IMG/VR virus record: IMGVR_UViG_3300044982_000128
Coordinates: 12,839-76,838 of that record
From: a virus
Direction: 5' to 3' (one strand)
Length of the DNA stretch: 64,000 nucleotides
Under the pieces are notes generated by a model. That model saw only the letters and a list, made by a program, of their open reading frames with translations. It did not search any database and was not told the origin of the DNA. Within the stretch, counting starts at the first letter, position 1, and each line of letters begins with the position of its first letter. Shown piece after piece: positions 1-9,910 of the stretch. The translations under genes were made by a program, and so were the position numbers.

Positions 1-405
1 GACATCACTGACGCCGGCGCGGCGGCGGGCAGCGGGACGAACTGCCTTCAGATTGACACGGTGGGCCACATCACGAACACGGGCGCTACCTGCACACAAG
101 ATATCTGCACTGTCACCCAAGCTCTCAGCACGACCAGCATCGCGCCGGGAGGCTTGAATACCACAACGGCGACTTGTACAGGAGCGACCGTTGGAGATAT
201 TCCCGACTGCAAATACACGGTCAGCGCTGGGGGATCAGGGATCGTGGGCTATGACGTATCAGCCAACTCAGGCAATGTATTGACAACCGATGTGCCAACT
301 GTGCAGAGTTCCAACACCATCACTATCAATCAGACCAGTTCTTTGCTCAACACTCTCACGTTCACTCCGGGTGCCATGTCGATGAAATGCAGGATCACGA
401 GGTAA
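1..405 (+). CDS. 5'-truncated Thr/Gly/Cys-rich late-region (tail fibre-like) protein
   Basis: Frame is open from base 1 (DITDAGAAAGSGTNCLQIDT...) to TAA at 403-405; composition matches the neighbouring fibre-like genes. Confidence 0.5.
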   Translation, partial: DITDAGAAAGSGTNCLQIDTVGHITNTGATCTQDICTVTQALSTTSIAPGGLNTTTATCTGATVGDIPDCKYTVSAGGSGIVGYDVSANSGNVLTTDVPTVQSSNTITINQTSSLLNTLTFTPGAMSMKCRITR

Positions 406-407
406 CG

Positions 408-2552
408 ATGAACGTTCTCAAAACTGCAATCCTCGCAGCTCTTCTGCTGATTCCGTTATCGCTGGCGGCGCAGGTGTCGAACCCGCAGATCATCATCGTC
501 AGCGCCGATCCCTCGGGAACTACACCCTGCAATTTACCGTGGCGCTGGAACGCACTGGGAAGCGGGGATATCTGGTATCCAGGCAGCCCCAGCGGCGGGA
601 GTTGCACGTGGACACAACTTGGCAGCGGCGGTGGAGGGACCGGCAACCTTAGCGGTACACTAACCACCAACTCGCCCTTATACGGGTCCGCAGTTCACAC
701 GGTCTCCAGCCTTCCGACGAATGTGTTCGGCAGCGAGTTCTTTGACGGAGCGGGTGATATTCCAACCATTGTGCCGCCTTTCGCGGTCGATGTGACCCAA
801 GCACCATACAACGCAAAGTGCGACGGACATTCAGATGATTCAGCAGCGATTCAGGCTGCATTGGATAACAATCCGGCAGTGTTTATTCCAACCGGACCGT
901 CGGCCCCCACACAATGCCAGATTCCAGAGGGGATAACACTGTGCAGTAGCAGCAACCATTTTCAATACAACGCCCTGTATGGGAATAACCAGTATCTAGG
1001 GTATACCGGCACAGGGATCGCGGTTTATCTGGGGAACTGCCCGTCAAGCGGTTTCTCAATGGTTAGGGACACAAACATAGATGCCAGCTTGTCTTCAGGG
1101 ACGCCGACTGCCTTTCAAACGGGTTTGTGGGCCAATCTTATCAACGATGCTGACAGCTTGCCGGCCGATAGCACATCCATAACCTCGTCGGACCAGCACG
1201 TTTATGTCCAAAACTATAACGGCACAGGGTCGGTCAGCATGGACGCTGACGGGATCATCCTCAATTCGGTCTTCGTTGGCAATCTTACTTTTGGGGATGA
1301 GAACGACATTGTTGAGACGACTCATTTTGATGGTAAGTTGACGCTGCCCGGAGGGAACGGTTTTGTAACCGTGGATAATGCCATCTTTGACGGGGGCGTA
1401 TCTGTAGAGGTCAATGCGGGTCTAGTAGTGATTGGCGGTCGGTATGCCACGGCGTCAGGTCCGGTGTTTTCGCTGGCTGACGGCTCAAGCGTGACCTTCG
1501 TCAACGCGCAAATCAACGCCGCTGGCGGGGTAGCAATTGCGCTTTCAACCGACAACGGTACGTTGAACGTGAACGGCAATGTGGTGCTCGACACCAACGC
1601 GAGCACCATTACGGGAACAGCTTCAGGTGGGGTATTGAGCGTGAATCCAACTGATGCTGCCAGCTACACACGGACGTTCGGCTATCCCACGACTACTCAG
1701 TCCAATGTCGTCGCCATAGATTCCAACGGGAAACTTTACAACAACTCGGCTCCGTCGATATCGGCTGCAAACATGACGAGCTTTCCAACCTTCAATCAGA
1801 ACACCACCGGGAGCGCGGCAAAGATCACATCGAACGGCACCGCGAACCAAGTCTGGGGCATGAACTCAGGCGGTTCGGCGCAGGGATGGCAGACGGCTGC
1901 GAGCAGTAGTAAGTTCCCTTACAAGATTTTCCAAAGCGACCAGACTCAATTCGCGTCGGGCACGTCGTGGACGTACACGTTTCCCAACGCTTTGCAGTCT
2001 TCCGGTGCCACCGCAATGTTGATCTTCGCCGCAGATGCGAGTGGATCATTTACCGGACCTTCTGGTTGGACATGTTCGATCAATGTCAGCAGCGGAACAA
2101 ATTACCCGCGCCTAGTGGTTTGCATCGTCGCTAGTGCTGGGCAGACCACGGCTAGTTTCTCGGTTGCAAATACAGCATCTCCCTCTCTCCGTTTCTACGA
2201 GCTTGGCGGCACACGCACCTTCGACATAACTTCAGGAACGCAATACACGACCGGCTCGCCAACGACCATAGGATTACCTTCAATCACACCGACCTCAGGT
2301 GCCGCCGTTTGGGCAATATGCACAGCGGTGGGCCCGAACAGCACAGGAATGACGCTCGTGCAACTACCGCTTGGTCGGCCAGATTGGTCACCTGCCGACG
2401 TGCTGAATACGAATGCGACTGGGCGCGTTCTCCTCGGTGGGGTCTACGACTATGCAAGCGACGGCACCGCTATTCAGCCGCCTCAACTTGAACCGTACTT
2501 CTCAGCCTTTTCAGGTAGCGGTCTTTCTTGCGCAACCTTTTCAATCAAATGA
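408..2552 (+). CDS. Signal-peptide beta-helix (pectate lyase 3/tailspike-like) protein
   Basis: MNVLKTAILAALLLIPLSLAA signal peptide; VDVTQAPYNAKCDGHSDDSAAIQAALD is the typical N-cap of pectate_lyase_3-type beta-helices; Gly/Ser/Thr-rich. Confidence 0.7.
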   Translation: MNVLKTAILAALLLIPLSLAAQVSNPQIIIVSADPSGTTPCNLPWRWNALGSGDIWYPGSPSGGSCTWTQLGSGGGGTGNLSGTLTTNSPLYGSAVHTVSSLPTNVFGSEFFDGAGDIPTIVPPFAVDVTQAPYNAKCDGHSDDSAAIQAALDNNPAVFIPTGPSAPTQCQIPEGITLCSSSNHFQYNALYGNNQYLGYTGTGIAVYLGNCPSSGFSMVRDTNIDASLSSGTPTAFQTGLWANLINDADSLPADSTSITSSDQHVYVQNYNGTGSVSMDADGIILNSVFVGNLTFGDENDIVETTHFDGKLTLPGGNGFVTVDNAIFDGGVSVEVNAGLVVIGGRYATASGPVFSLADGSSVTFVNAQINAAGGVAIALSTDNGTLNVNGNVVLDTNASTITGTASGGVLSVNPTDAASYTRTFGYPTTTQSNVVAIDSNGKLYNNSAPSISAANMTSFPTFNQNTTGSAAKITSNGTANQVWGMNSGGSAQGWQTAASSSKFPYKIFQSDQTQFASGTSWTYTFPNALQSSGATAMLIFAADASGSFTGPSGWTCSINVSSGTNYPRLVVCIVASAGQTTASFSVANTASPSLRFYELGGTRTFDITSGTQYTTGSPTTIGLPSITPTSGAAVWAICTAVGPNSTGMTLVQLPLGRPDWSPADVLNTNATGRVLLGGVYDYASDGTAIQPPQLEPYFSAFSGSGLSCATFSIK

Positions 2553-5023
2553 AGCAACTTCTCCTCATCTTCGTAGCCCTGCCCCTGATGGCGCAAAGCC
2601 CGTCAGGCCTGCTGAATACCAATCGCTATCCGGCGCCGGGGTGGACAGCAGCAGGAGCGGGCACCATACCGGCGAGAACGACGATCTGCACATCGCTCAC
2701 GTCCTCGGCAACGCCTTCTGCGGTGGCCTCTGCCATCACGTCCTGTCCGTCCGGTGAAACCGTTTCTCTGGGAGCAGGGACGTACAACTGGTCAACGTCG
2801 CTCATTATTTCGGCGCAAACCCTCAACGTGACTCTTCGAGGCGCGGGACCAAAGAGCACCATCCTGAAGTTCTCAGGCACCAGCACGAATTGCCTTGGCA
2901 TCGGCCCCACGGCCATCTGTCCCTACAATGGCGACTCCAACGCTCTCGGAGGCACTTCGAACTTCTGCGCATGGACGGCGGGTTACTCGGCCGGAACAAC
3001 GGTCCTGACGGCAGGGACTTGCTCGGCGGGATCTCTATCCAATCTTCATGTCGGTTCTCTGCTGATGCTGAGCCAGAACGACGATTCGACCGACACCGGA
3101 AACGCTCTGTTCAACGGAACGACAACCTACTCGCAACAAGGAGATGGAGGAAACGTCATTCCGGGTCAGTCCCAGACTCAGCTTGTGAGCGTAACTAATA
3201 TCTCGGGAACAAGCATTACCATCTCTCCCGCGATCTATGCCCCGCAATGGTCCTCGGGCAAGAGTCCGCAAATGTCCTTCTCCTCTTCCCTGCCCTTGAA
3301 TGGATTTGGGCTGGAGAACCTGACCGTCGATACGTCTTCCGTTCCTTCCTCCAGCCAGAACGCGGCCATGATTCAGTTTGTCTGGGCTACGAATTCCTGG
3401 GTCAAGAACGTCTCGATGATCAACTCGACTTCGGGAGCGTTTCACAAGCATGTCTGGGTTGCCGACTCCTCGCACATCACAGTCAGGGATTCCTACATGT
3501 ATGGGGCCGATCCATCTTCGGAGGGTTATGGAGTGGATTTCTGGGAGTCCGCCGATAACCTCGCCGAGAACAATATCTGCCAGCACATGCCGACCTGCGA
3601 AATCATGGAGGGGGGAGCGGGAAACGTCTTTGGGTACAACTATGCCGTCGATAACTACTACAACAACGGCGATCCCCAGTGGCAGCAGTGCGATCAGTTC
3701 CATCACAACGCGGGAGACTATTACAATCTCTGGGAAGGCAACATCGGCATCTGCCACACCGAAGATTCGATTCACGGCACAGCTTTTGCCAATACGGTCT
3801 TCCGCAACGCTCTGAGCGGCTTCGATCCCTCGACTTCCACCACCAAGACGCAGAACAACCTGACGTTCAACACGATGGGTTACGCGCGGTATGCAAACTA
3901 CGTGGATAACGTCCTCGGATACGGCGGTCATGCCACGAGCTATCAGTACAACATGGCCTCGACAACGGACTGCGGGATCGGCAATTCCGGCATGGTGTTT
4001 CTGTGGGGCGATACAGGGCAGATCGGGTCTGAGTATTCCTCAACCTGCTATGGCGGAACCCTGAGTCCTCCCGGCCCGGTTCCCAACGACATCGTAAGCA
4101 ATGCGGGACCGGCCTTCTCTTCGATGGTCTGCGGCAACTGGGATGCTGTCACGGCCGGGATACATACCTGCGCAACAGCTTCGAGCGCATCGACGTATCC
4201 AGGTCTTTCGAGTCCTTCAACCTCATACGCCAGCTATCCCTCGTTCTATCGCTCCGGCACGCCGGCATGGTGGAACTTCCCTTCCGGCCTGCTTGCGCCC
4301 TATCCGGGCATCGGGTCCGAAGTGACTGGAGGAAATATCTCCGGAACCAGCGGAACGGCTTATCTGAATCCCGCAGCGAACAATTATCTCAATAACCTTG
4401 GGGGCCTGACGAACGGGTCTACGGGCTCCCTGCAATCGAGCTTCGATGGCAGCGTGTATTACTCAGGCGCCGGAACGGTCAATCTCACGGTGGCGACTGC
4501 CGGCAGCGGGACCGGAACCATCACAGGCTCGAACTGCGCCAACGGCAACTATGCCAGCGCTACCTCCGTCACCTGTACAGCGACGGCCACGGGCGGTTCA
4601 ACTTTATCGTCGGTTGCGGGAACCGGCAGCGCCTCTGGCTGCACGTCTTCCCCCTGCACCTTCAGCCTGACCACGCCAAGCACGTATACCGCGACGTTCA
4701 CGGGCGGCACGGCAACCTGCGGCAACCCTTACCAGAATGGTCCGAACTACTCAGGCAGCTACGCAGTCCCGCCGACCATTCTTCCTTTGTCTGTCGGGTT
4801 CACTTCGCCAACCACCGGATGCGCGATGCACGCGACGTTCGATGGATCGGCACCGACCTGCTCCAGTGCTTCCTATTCCGGGTCGAGTTCGCTTTCGAGT
4901 TCGACCGTGATTCGCGTCATTGCCTGCCAGACGGCGTACACCAGTTCTTCGATCATCGGCGGGACATGGACGTTTACCGGCCTGGCACCGCCGCCCATCA
5001 GTATCATCGTGTTAGGAGATTGA
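2549..5023 (+). CDS. Secreted beta-helix protein with C-terminal InlB-B-repeat-like and chitobiase/Fn3-associated-like domains
   Basis: ATGA overlap with the upstream stop; MKQLLLIFVALPLMAQ signal peptide; VTLRGAGPKSTIL and NLAENNI...GNVFGYNY beta-helix rungs; TVATAGSGTGTI repeat and TFDGSAPTCSS...VIRVIA C-terminal domain. Confidence 0.65.
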   Translation: MKQLLLIFVALPLMAQSPSGLLNTNRYPAPGWTAAGAGTIPARTTICTSLTSSATPSAVASAITSCPSGETVSLGAGTYNWSTSLIISAQTLNVTLRGAGPKSTILKFSGTSTNCLGIGPTAICPYNGDSNALGGTSNFCAWTAGYSAGTTVLTAGTCSAGSLSNLHVGSLLMLSQNDDSTDTGNALFNGTTTYSQQGDGGNVIPGQSQTQLVSVTNISGTSITISPAIYAPQWSSGKSPQMSFSSSLPLNGFGLENLTVDTSSVPSSSQNAAMIQFVWATNSWVKNVSMINSTSGAFHKHVWVADSSHITVRDSYMYGADPSSEGYGVDFWESADNLAENNICQHMPTCEIMEGGAGNVFGYNYAVDNYYNNGDPQWQQCDQFHHNAGDYYNLWEGNIGICHTEDSIHGTAFANTVFRNALSGFDPSTSTTKTQNNLTFNTMGYARYANYVDNVLGYGGHATSYQYNMASTTDCGIGNSGMVFLWGDTGQIGSEYSSTCYGGTLSPPGPVPNDIVSNAGPAFSSMVCGNWDAVTAGIHTCATASSASTYPGLSSPSTSYASYPSFYRSGTPAWWNFPSGLLAPYPGIGSEVTGGNISGTSGTAYLNPAANNYLNNLGGLTNGSTGSLQSSFDGSVYYSGAGTVNLTVATAGSGTGTITGSNCANGNYASATSVTCTATATGGSTLSSVAGTGSASGCTSSPCTFSLTTPSTYTATFTGGTATCGNPYQNGPNYSGSYAVPPTILPLSVGFTSPTTGCAMHATFDGSAPTCSSASYSGSSSLSSSTVIRVIACQTAYTSSSIIGGTWTFTGLAPPPISIIVLGD

Positions 5024-5410
5024 ATGCGATTAACTGAACTTGAGCCGCAATTCATGCGCTACGAAACACGCATCCCGGAGCCAGAAACCGGCCGCGCTCC
5101 AACTGACCTTCAGCAATATCTGCATCAGGTTGACACTCTGTCCGAAGCGCAAGGCATTCAGTTTCTTTGCCCTGTTTGCTTCCTCAAAAACAACGGGCCA
5201 ATCGGAACGCATCTGATAGAAGTTTCATTCGCTGGAAGAGGAGTGGCCGACGATCAGGGAAGCCATAATTGACAAGGCCAGCCAAGCCGATGGAATACAT
5301 CTGGTACGGGGTACTCGGACCTTACAACCACGCCCTCAATCCTCATCGATCCCGCCAAGCCCGCTTGCGATGGCTGGCACGGATTCATCACGAACGGAGA
5401 GATTCAATGA
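5024..5410 (+). pseudogene. DUF6527-like Zn-binding protein interrupted by in-frame TGA at 5270-5272 (pseudogene or readthrough)
   Basis: The frame continues after TGA as QGQPSRWNTSGTGYSDLTTTPSILIDPAKPACDGWHGFITNGEIQ*, completing the CPxC...H...TPSI...C..WHGFI motif, and ends in an ATGA overlap with the next gene. Confidence 0.7.
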
Positions 5411-5823
5411 AATTCCTCTTGCTCATCCTCGTTCTGTTCGGCTGCAATCTAGCAGTTGCACAGGCGGCTACCGCCCACACCGCCACCTACTCCATCAACA
5501 ATGCAGGCTGCTCAACCACCGTTGCCTGTACCGCGCAAATCTATGCGATTGTGATTCCTTCCGGGACTTGCCCCGCAATCGGGGATGCGTCCTACGTCGA
5601 AATTCAGTCAACTCTCGCGCCAGACAGCACCACAGCCACCAACGCTCACTGGGATTACGTCGATTCCCGCTCGGTTCTTGTATCGGGGCAAATCTATTGC
5701 GCTTATGCGACTTCCACGCCTACAGGAGGTGGACCTAGCCCTGCTAGTGTTTTGTTTCAAGGAACGATTCCCACATCGACGGTAACTCTTCCAGCGCCGG
5801 GAATCAGCGTGACGTTGAAATGA
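5407..5823 (+). CDS. Secreted Cys-containing Fn3/Ig-like protein
   Basis: MKFLLLILVLFGCNLAVAQA signal peptide; ATGA overlaps at both ends. Confidence 0.55.
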   Translation: MKFLLLILVLFGCNLAVAQAATAHTATYSINNAGCSTTVACTAQIYAIVIPSGTCPAIGDASYVEIQSTLAPDSTTATNAHWDYVDSRSVLVSGQIYCAYATSTPTGGGPSPASVLFQGTIPTSTVTLPAPGISVTLK

Positions 5824-6047
5824 CAGATGCAGTAACCATCGCTCTGATCGCCGCCGCCCCCGGCGCTCTCGGGTCGTTCGTAGCGGCATGGCTGGGCTGG
5901 CTGAACCGGCAGAAGATCGCCCATGTCGAGCATTCCATGAACAGTTTGCTGGATAAGCGCGTAGAGGACGCAGACCAGCTTGGGGAAGCAAGAGGCAGAG
6001 CAGCAGGAGCAGAGACGGAAAGAACGCGCAAAGAGGAGCATTCGTGA
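5820..6047 (+). CDS. Small membrane protein, holin-like candidate
   Basis: N-terminal TM segment, charged C-terminus, located in the lysis region. Confidence 0.4.
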   Translation: MTDAVTIALIAAAPGALGSFVAAWLGWLNRQKIAHVEHSMNSLLDKRVEDADQLGEARGRAAGAETERTRKEEHS

Positions 6048-6100
6048 TGGGCTGTCCTGTACATAGGAGTCGCGTAACAGGCGACAGCGGAGAGTGAGCC

Positions 6101-6481
6101 GTGCCCAACTTAGGACGCAGACGGGGTGATGGAGTGGGCTATCAGCATGGGTCTGGAAGCACTGACATGGAACTTGCGTTGGTGCAGGCCGAGGTAGAGA
6201 GAATCGGCCCCATCGTCCGCGACCACGCAGACCGCATTGATGATCTTGAGGCTTCCCGCGACAGAATCAAGGGAATGTTCATCGTCCTCGTCGTTCTGCA
6301 AAGTCTGGTCTTCATCCTTGTAGGCGCATTGTTCGGATGGGGCTTGAATCACATGACTTTCCACTCAGATTATGAGCCACGAGAGCCGCATTCTAGCGTA
6401 CAATCTCAACCAACAGATTCGCAGATGACTCAAGATGAACCCAAGGAAATACAGGCCCCCATCGTCAATGACAAGAGGTGA
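6101..6481 (+). CDS. Coiled-coil plus single-TM protein (XhlA/holin-like)
   Basis: RIDDLEASRDRIKG followed by a hydrophobic helix; upstream of the lysin. Confidence 0.4.
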   Translation: MPNLGRRRGDGVGYQHGSGSTDMELALVQAEVERIGPIVRDHADRIDDLEASRDRIKGMFIVLVVLQSLVFILVGALFGWGLNHMTFHSDYEPREPHSSVQSQPTDSQMTQDEPKEIQAPIVNDKR

Positions 6482-6662
6482 CTGAAATGGGCACAGCTCC
6501 GAATTGCGGCGGCATTAACCAACCACCCTGCAAGCCAACCAGCGCAGATGAAACCTACACGGGCGAGCAGATGGATGCTTATGGCTGGGCCTGCTACCGG
6601 AAGGGTCTGCGCGACGGGGACAGCGGGAAGGTCCGGCAGTACCAGAAAGAGCAGGGCAAACC

Positions 6663-6830
6663 CTAGTGATGTACCAGAATCGACAGCATGTAGAACATCA
6701 GCCCGGCTGCGATGAATCGGCCCCAACCCCATGGCGACGGCGCTGGCTGGGGATCGCGGTACACGAAAGCGGCGATGCCGAACAGGACCAGGGCGACTAC
6801 GAGACAGATCAGTGAATAGGGAGCTTCCAT
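6663..6830 (-). CDS. 55-aa two-TM membrane protein antisense to the lysis cassette
   Basis: Manual translation MEAPYSLICLVVALVLFGIAAFVYRDPQPAPSPWGWGRFIAAGLMFYMLSILVHH*; fills an otherwise empty gap; AAGGAG upstream. Confidence 0.6.
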   Translation of the reverse strand: MEAPYSLICLVVALVLFGIAAFVYRDPQPAPSPWGWGRFIAAGLMFYMLSILVHH

Positions 6831-6894
6831 GGCGGTATTGTCACACTCCTTGAATGGGTTGGATGAGCAAAACGAGACAGGAAGACGGTAAAGA

Positions 6895-7173
6895 ATGAAA
6901 GATTATCCGAATGCGTTCTGGGCTGGCATGTTCATCTTGTTCGCAGTCTTCCTCTCCATCATCGCCCTCAAGATCCCCACGCAGGCGAATGCAACGATGG
7001 CCGTAATCGCCATTGCATCCAACATCGTCTCCGGGTCATTCGGCTTCATCAGCGGCCAACTGGCTTCGCGGAACGCTGTCCAGGTGCCCATCAACGACTC
7101 GACCCAACCTCCTACGACAACGACAGTCAGTGTGACGCCAAACCCTACCCCGGCGGCACCGAAAGAAGGATAG
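6895..7173 (+). CDS. Two-TM holin candidate
   Basis: Two hydrophobic helices and a polar tail, in the lysis cassette. Confidence 0.45.
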   Translation: MKDYPNAFWAGMFILFAVFLSIIALKIPTQANATMAVIAIASNIVSGSFGFISGQLASRNAVQVPINDSTQPPTTTTVSVTPNPTPAAPKEG

Positions 7174-7569
7174 ATGAAACGCTTCATTCTGACGATGTTC
7201 ACGATCTCGTATCTCTGCTTTTGCGGGGCGGCGATAATCGACCTGACAGCCTGCACCCCGACAACGACCACTCCAGCGCAGCTCGCACCGGGGTACAACA
7301 ACCAAGTCGATCAGACGATGGGCGAAGTCCTGTCGGGAGCGCGAGCCTTTTACGTCTCAGTCCAGCAGCAAGCTCAATCGGGGACGCTGACCATGACGCC
7401 TCAAGTGAAGGCGGCTTTCAATACGTTTGCCGCGACCCTGAACGGGGCAGACGCAGCGTACCTGGTCTACCATCAGAACCCGACCGCGGCGAACCTGGCA
7501 GCGGCTCAGAACGCCGTGAACGCGGTACAGACGCAGCAGGCGGCATTGCCGCTACCGGGGGCCAAATGA
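7174..7569 (+). CDS. Putative lipoprotein (spanin-like candidate)
   Basis: Hydrophobic leader ending in an LTAC lipobox; helical Ala/Gln-rich body. Confidence 0.5.
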   Translation: MKRFILTMFTISYLCFCGAAIIDLTACTPTTTTPAQLAPGYNNQVDQTMGEVLSGARAFYVSVQQQAQSGTLTMTPQVKAAFNTFAATLNGADAAYLVYHQNPTAANLAAAQNAVNAVQTQQAALPLPGAK

Positions 7570-7958
7570 GCACAGCACCCGCAACACCCGCACAGGCATC
7601 CTTCTGGACTACCCTCAAGTCATGGCTTCCCGCCCTTGAAATGGCAGGCAACGTCGCTCTTCTGGCATCAGGTCTAGGCGCACCGTTCGAGCCGCTCATT
7701 GCAGGCTTGGAGAACGCGGTCAATCCTCTGCTCCAATCCATCGGCACCCCGCAATCAACGCCAAACCTGCTGATGACGATCTACGCGACCATCATCGGTG
7801 TGCTGACGACCTTGAAGCAGACTCCGGGACTGCCGGCCGCTACCCTGACGCAGATCGACGCCTACATCACGGCTGCGGAAGCTGGCACGGCGGGTTACTT
7901 CCAGGCGCAGAGCGGTTTTAATCCAGCTAACTACCAACCGGTGACGCCAATCGCATAA
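7566..7958 (+). CDS. Hypothetical amphipathic helical protein
   Basis: ATGA-coupled start (MSTAPATPAQASFW...). Confidence 0.5.
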   Translation: MSTAPATPAQASFWTTLKSWLPALEMAGNVALLASGLGAPFEPLIAGLENAVNPLLQSIGTPQSTPNLLMTIYATIIGVLTTLKQTPGLPAATLTQIDAYITAAEAGTAGYFQAQSGFNPANYQPVTPIA

Positions 7959-8073
7959 TATGGCTGAAGTCTATTCACGTCGCTATGGATGGCACTCGGA
8001 TTATTATCCCTCCGAGGCTGAGACCGACGCAGCGATCAATGAACTAATGCTGAATTTTAAAAGGAGAAACAAC

Positions 8074-8313
8074 ATGGATCGAGTACGTGCAAAGTTCACA
8101 GTCAGCAACATCCTGAAGGATCAATACGGAAATGTTGTGGTCAAGCTCTATGCGGTCTACAAGGGCGATGAGTCAAGCCCAGAGAACGAAAGCTTTTCCA
8201 ATTCGACGCCATCGGGTTCAGCTGAGTTGACCATCACCAACCCAGCAGCCAGCGAGTTTTTCGAGAAGTTGGCCGGTAAGTACGTTTACCTGGATTTCAG
8301 TGCGGCCCAATGA
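8074..8313 (+). CDS. Conserved phage hypothetical protein
   Basis: AAGGAG RBS; VRAKF...EN..F...TPSG...I.NP.A...YLDF motif familiar from phage genomes. Confidence 0.6.
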   Translation: MDRVRAKFTVSNILKDQYGNVVVKLYAVYKGDESSPENESFSNSTPSGSAELTITNPAASEFFEKLAGKYVYLDFSAAQ

Positions 8314-8642
8314 TTGACCCAATCCAACCCCTTACTCCCGCCGAAAGCGCCCAGCAGGAAGCCGAGGCCAACGCAGAATCTCCCCTGCACGAAGACCTGG
8401 TGGTCATCGATCAGGCGCTCGGCAAGATCATCGGTGGCGAGCCCGATATAACAATGTCCTCCGACCTTGCCATCATGGCTACACAGGACACGGGCATACG
8501 CAAGGAAATCGGCATCCTGGGGTCCGAGGCGCTGGACAAGATCGAGCCCAACCACGGAGCCAAAGCTACAGAAGCGGACCTGTTCCGAGCTGAAGCCGCG
8601 GTTGAGGTGCTGAAGAGTCAGATTGAGGCGGAGCAGAAGTGA
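8310..8642 (+). CDS. Hypothetical protein
   Basis: Coupled overlaps with both neighbours. Confidence 0.5.
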   Translation: MIDPIQPLTPAESAQQEAEANAESPLHEDLVVIDQALGKIIGGEPDITMSSDLAIMATQDTGIRKEIGILGSEALDKIEPNHGAKATEADLFRAEAAVEVLKSQIEAEQK

Positions 8643-9067
8643 ACACCAGCGAGAACGGCATTGCCTTCATCAAAGGGAACGAAGGATTTGTCGCGGTTCC
8701 CAAGCCCGACAACGGCAAACTGGCGTGGGGATACGGCCATGACCAGCAGCCCGGAGAAACCCCTCCTGCCAGCCTCACAGAGCCTCAAGGCGATGCCCTG
8801 CTACGCCAAGACCTCACAACCCGCTTCGACCCTCATCTGGCCAGCCTACTGCCCGTAACGGCCACGCAGAACCAGATTGATGCGTGCTCGGACTTCATGT
8901 ACAACGATGGCCCGGTGAATCTGGCGACGATGCTCTCTCATGGGTGGGACCAGGTACCTGTCCAGATCACTCGCTGGTGCTATGAACACATCAACGGGGT
9001 GGTTCAGCAGTCGCCTGGACTGCTCGCTCGCCGGCAGAAGGAACTTGCGCTGTTTCAGACTCCCTGA
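8639..9067 (+). CDS. Endolysin, GH24 (RrrD/P21-type) lysozyme
   Basis: GIAFIKGNEG catalytic Glu, WGYGH and C-terminal GLLARRQKELALF motifs. Confidence 0.9.
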   Translation: MNTSENGIAFIKGNEGFVAVPKPDNGKLAWGYGHDQQPGETPPASLTEPQGDALLRQDLTTRFDPHLASLLPVTATQNQIDACSDFMYNDGPVNLATMLSHGWDQVPVQITRWCYEHINGVVQQSPGLLARRQKELALFQTP

Positions 9068-9217
9068 CCATCCAGATCGTGAGGTTGTAGCCTCTCCATC
9101 CCTGCTGGATGTTCAAGACGCGCCAGCCATCGATCTCTAGTTGCTGGACTTTTTCCTGCCAGTTCTTCGCATAGCTAGTCCAACCCTCGGGAATCTCCTC
9201 AACTTTGAATTCGCGCT

Positions 9218-9910
9218 TCACTTCTCCTCCACAGGCCGCGTGTCGGGTGGGGCGCTCGGCGGTTCTGGAATGCGCTCGATGAATATTTGAAAGTCATCTC
9301 CTTCATGGAATAGCGTCTGCCCACATTCCTCATAGAATCTGAATCCGAGTTGGTTGATGATTGGCATGAGTGCTTCAAATTGGACAGCTAGTTTTTGCTC
9401 TTGCGACAAGCCATCCCAATTCAGCGCTATCGGCACTGTGCGGAGTCGTTCTTTCTCCCCCACTATCCCTTCATGCAGAGCCGTCAGAGCCTTGATCTGC
9501 TCGGCGTGGTCGGCCAGCATGTCATTGATTGTGTCTTTCTGCGAATTGATCTCAGCCCGCAGGCACTTTTGCGTATCATCGATATCCTCAAGGGCCTCAT
9601 CGTAGCCGAACAGGTTAGACCATTCTGGCGACCGTCCTGTGATGAGGAAATAGGCTTGGCTTAACGTCTCCTCTGCCCTGTCGCGCTCATCGATGGTCTG
9701 AAGGTGCTCCTTGCCCTCAATGGAAGCGTAACGGCTGAGTTCCCCTTGGAGCGCCTCGATGCGAGCCTCAGCACGGGCGATGCGTTCGATGAACTTGATG
9801 CAGCGGTCTTTGTAATGCTCCGCTGAATCACGGAGGGCGCAGGTTAGCATCTCGTCATACTCTTCGCGCAAATCTTCCGGCATGGTCTCCGGCTCACTTC
9901 TGGGTGTCAC
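9218..9910 (-). CDS. Hypothetical coiled-coil protein
   Basis: Probable GTG start at 9910 (MTPRSEP...), inside an 18-nt direct repeat. Confidence 0.5.
   Translation of the reverse strand: MTPRSEPETMPEDLREEYDEMLTCALRDSAEHYKDRCIKFIERIARAEARIEALQGELSRYASIEGKEHLQTIDERDRAEETLSQAYFLITGRSPEWSNLFGYDEALEDIDDTQKCLRAEINSQKDTINDMLADHAEQIKALTALHEGIVGEKERLRTVPIALNWDGLSQEQKLAVQFEALMPIINQLGFRFYEECGQTLFHEGDDFQIFIERIPEPPSAPPDTRPVEEK

Noticed and set aside
3035-3931. Long antisense ORFs (also 14762-15541, 45060-45869, 62384-63283)
   Set aside because: Shadow frames of well-supported genes in GC-rich sequence, with no motifs.
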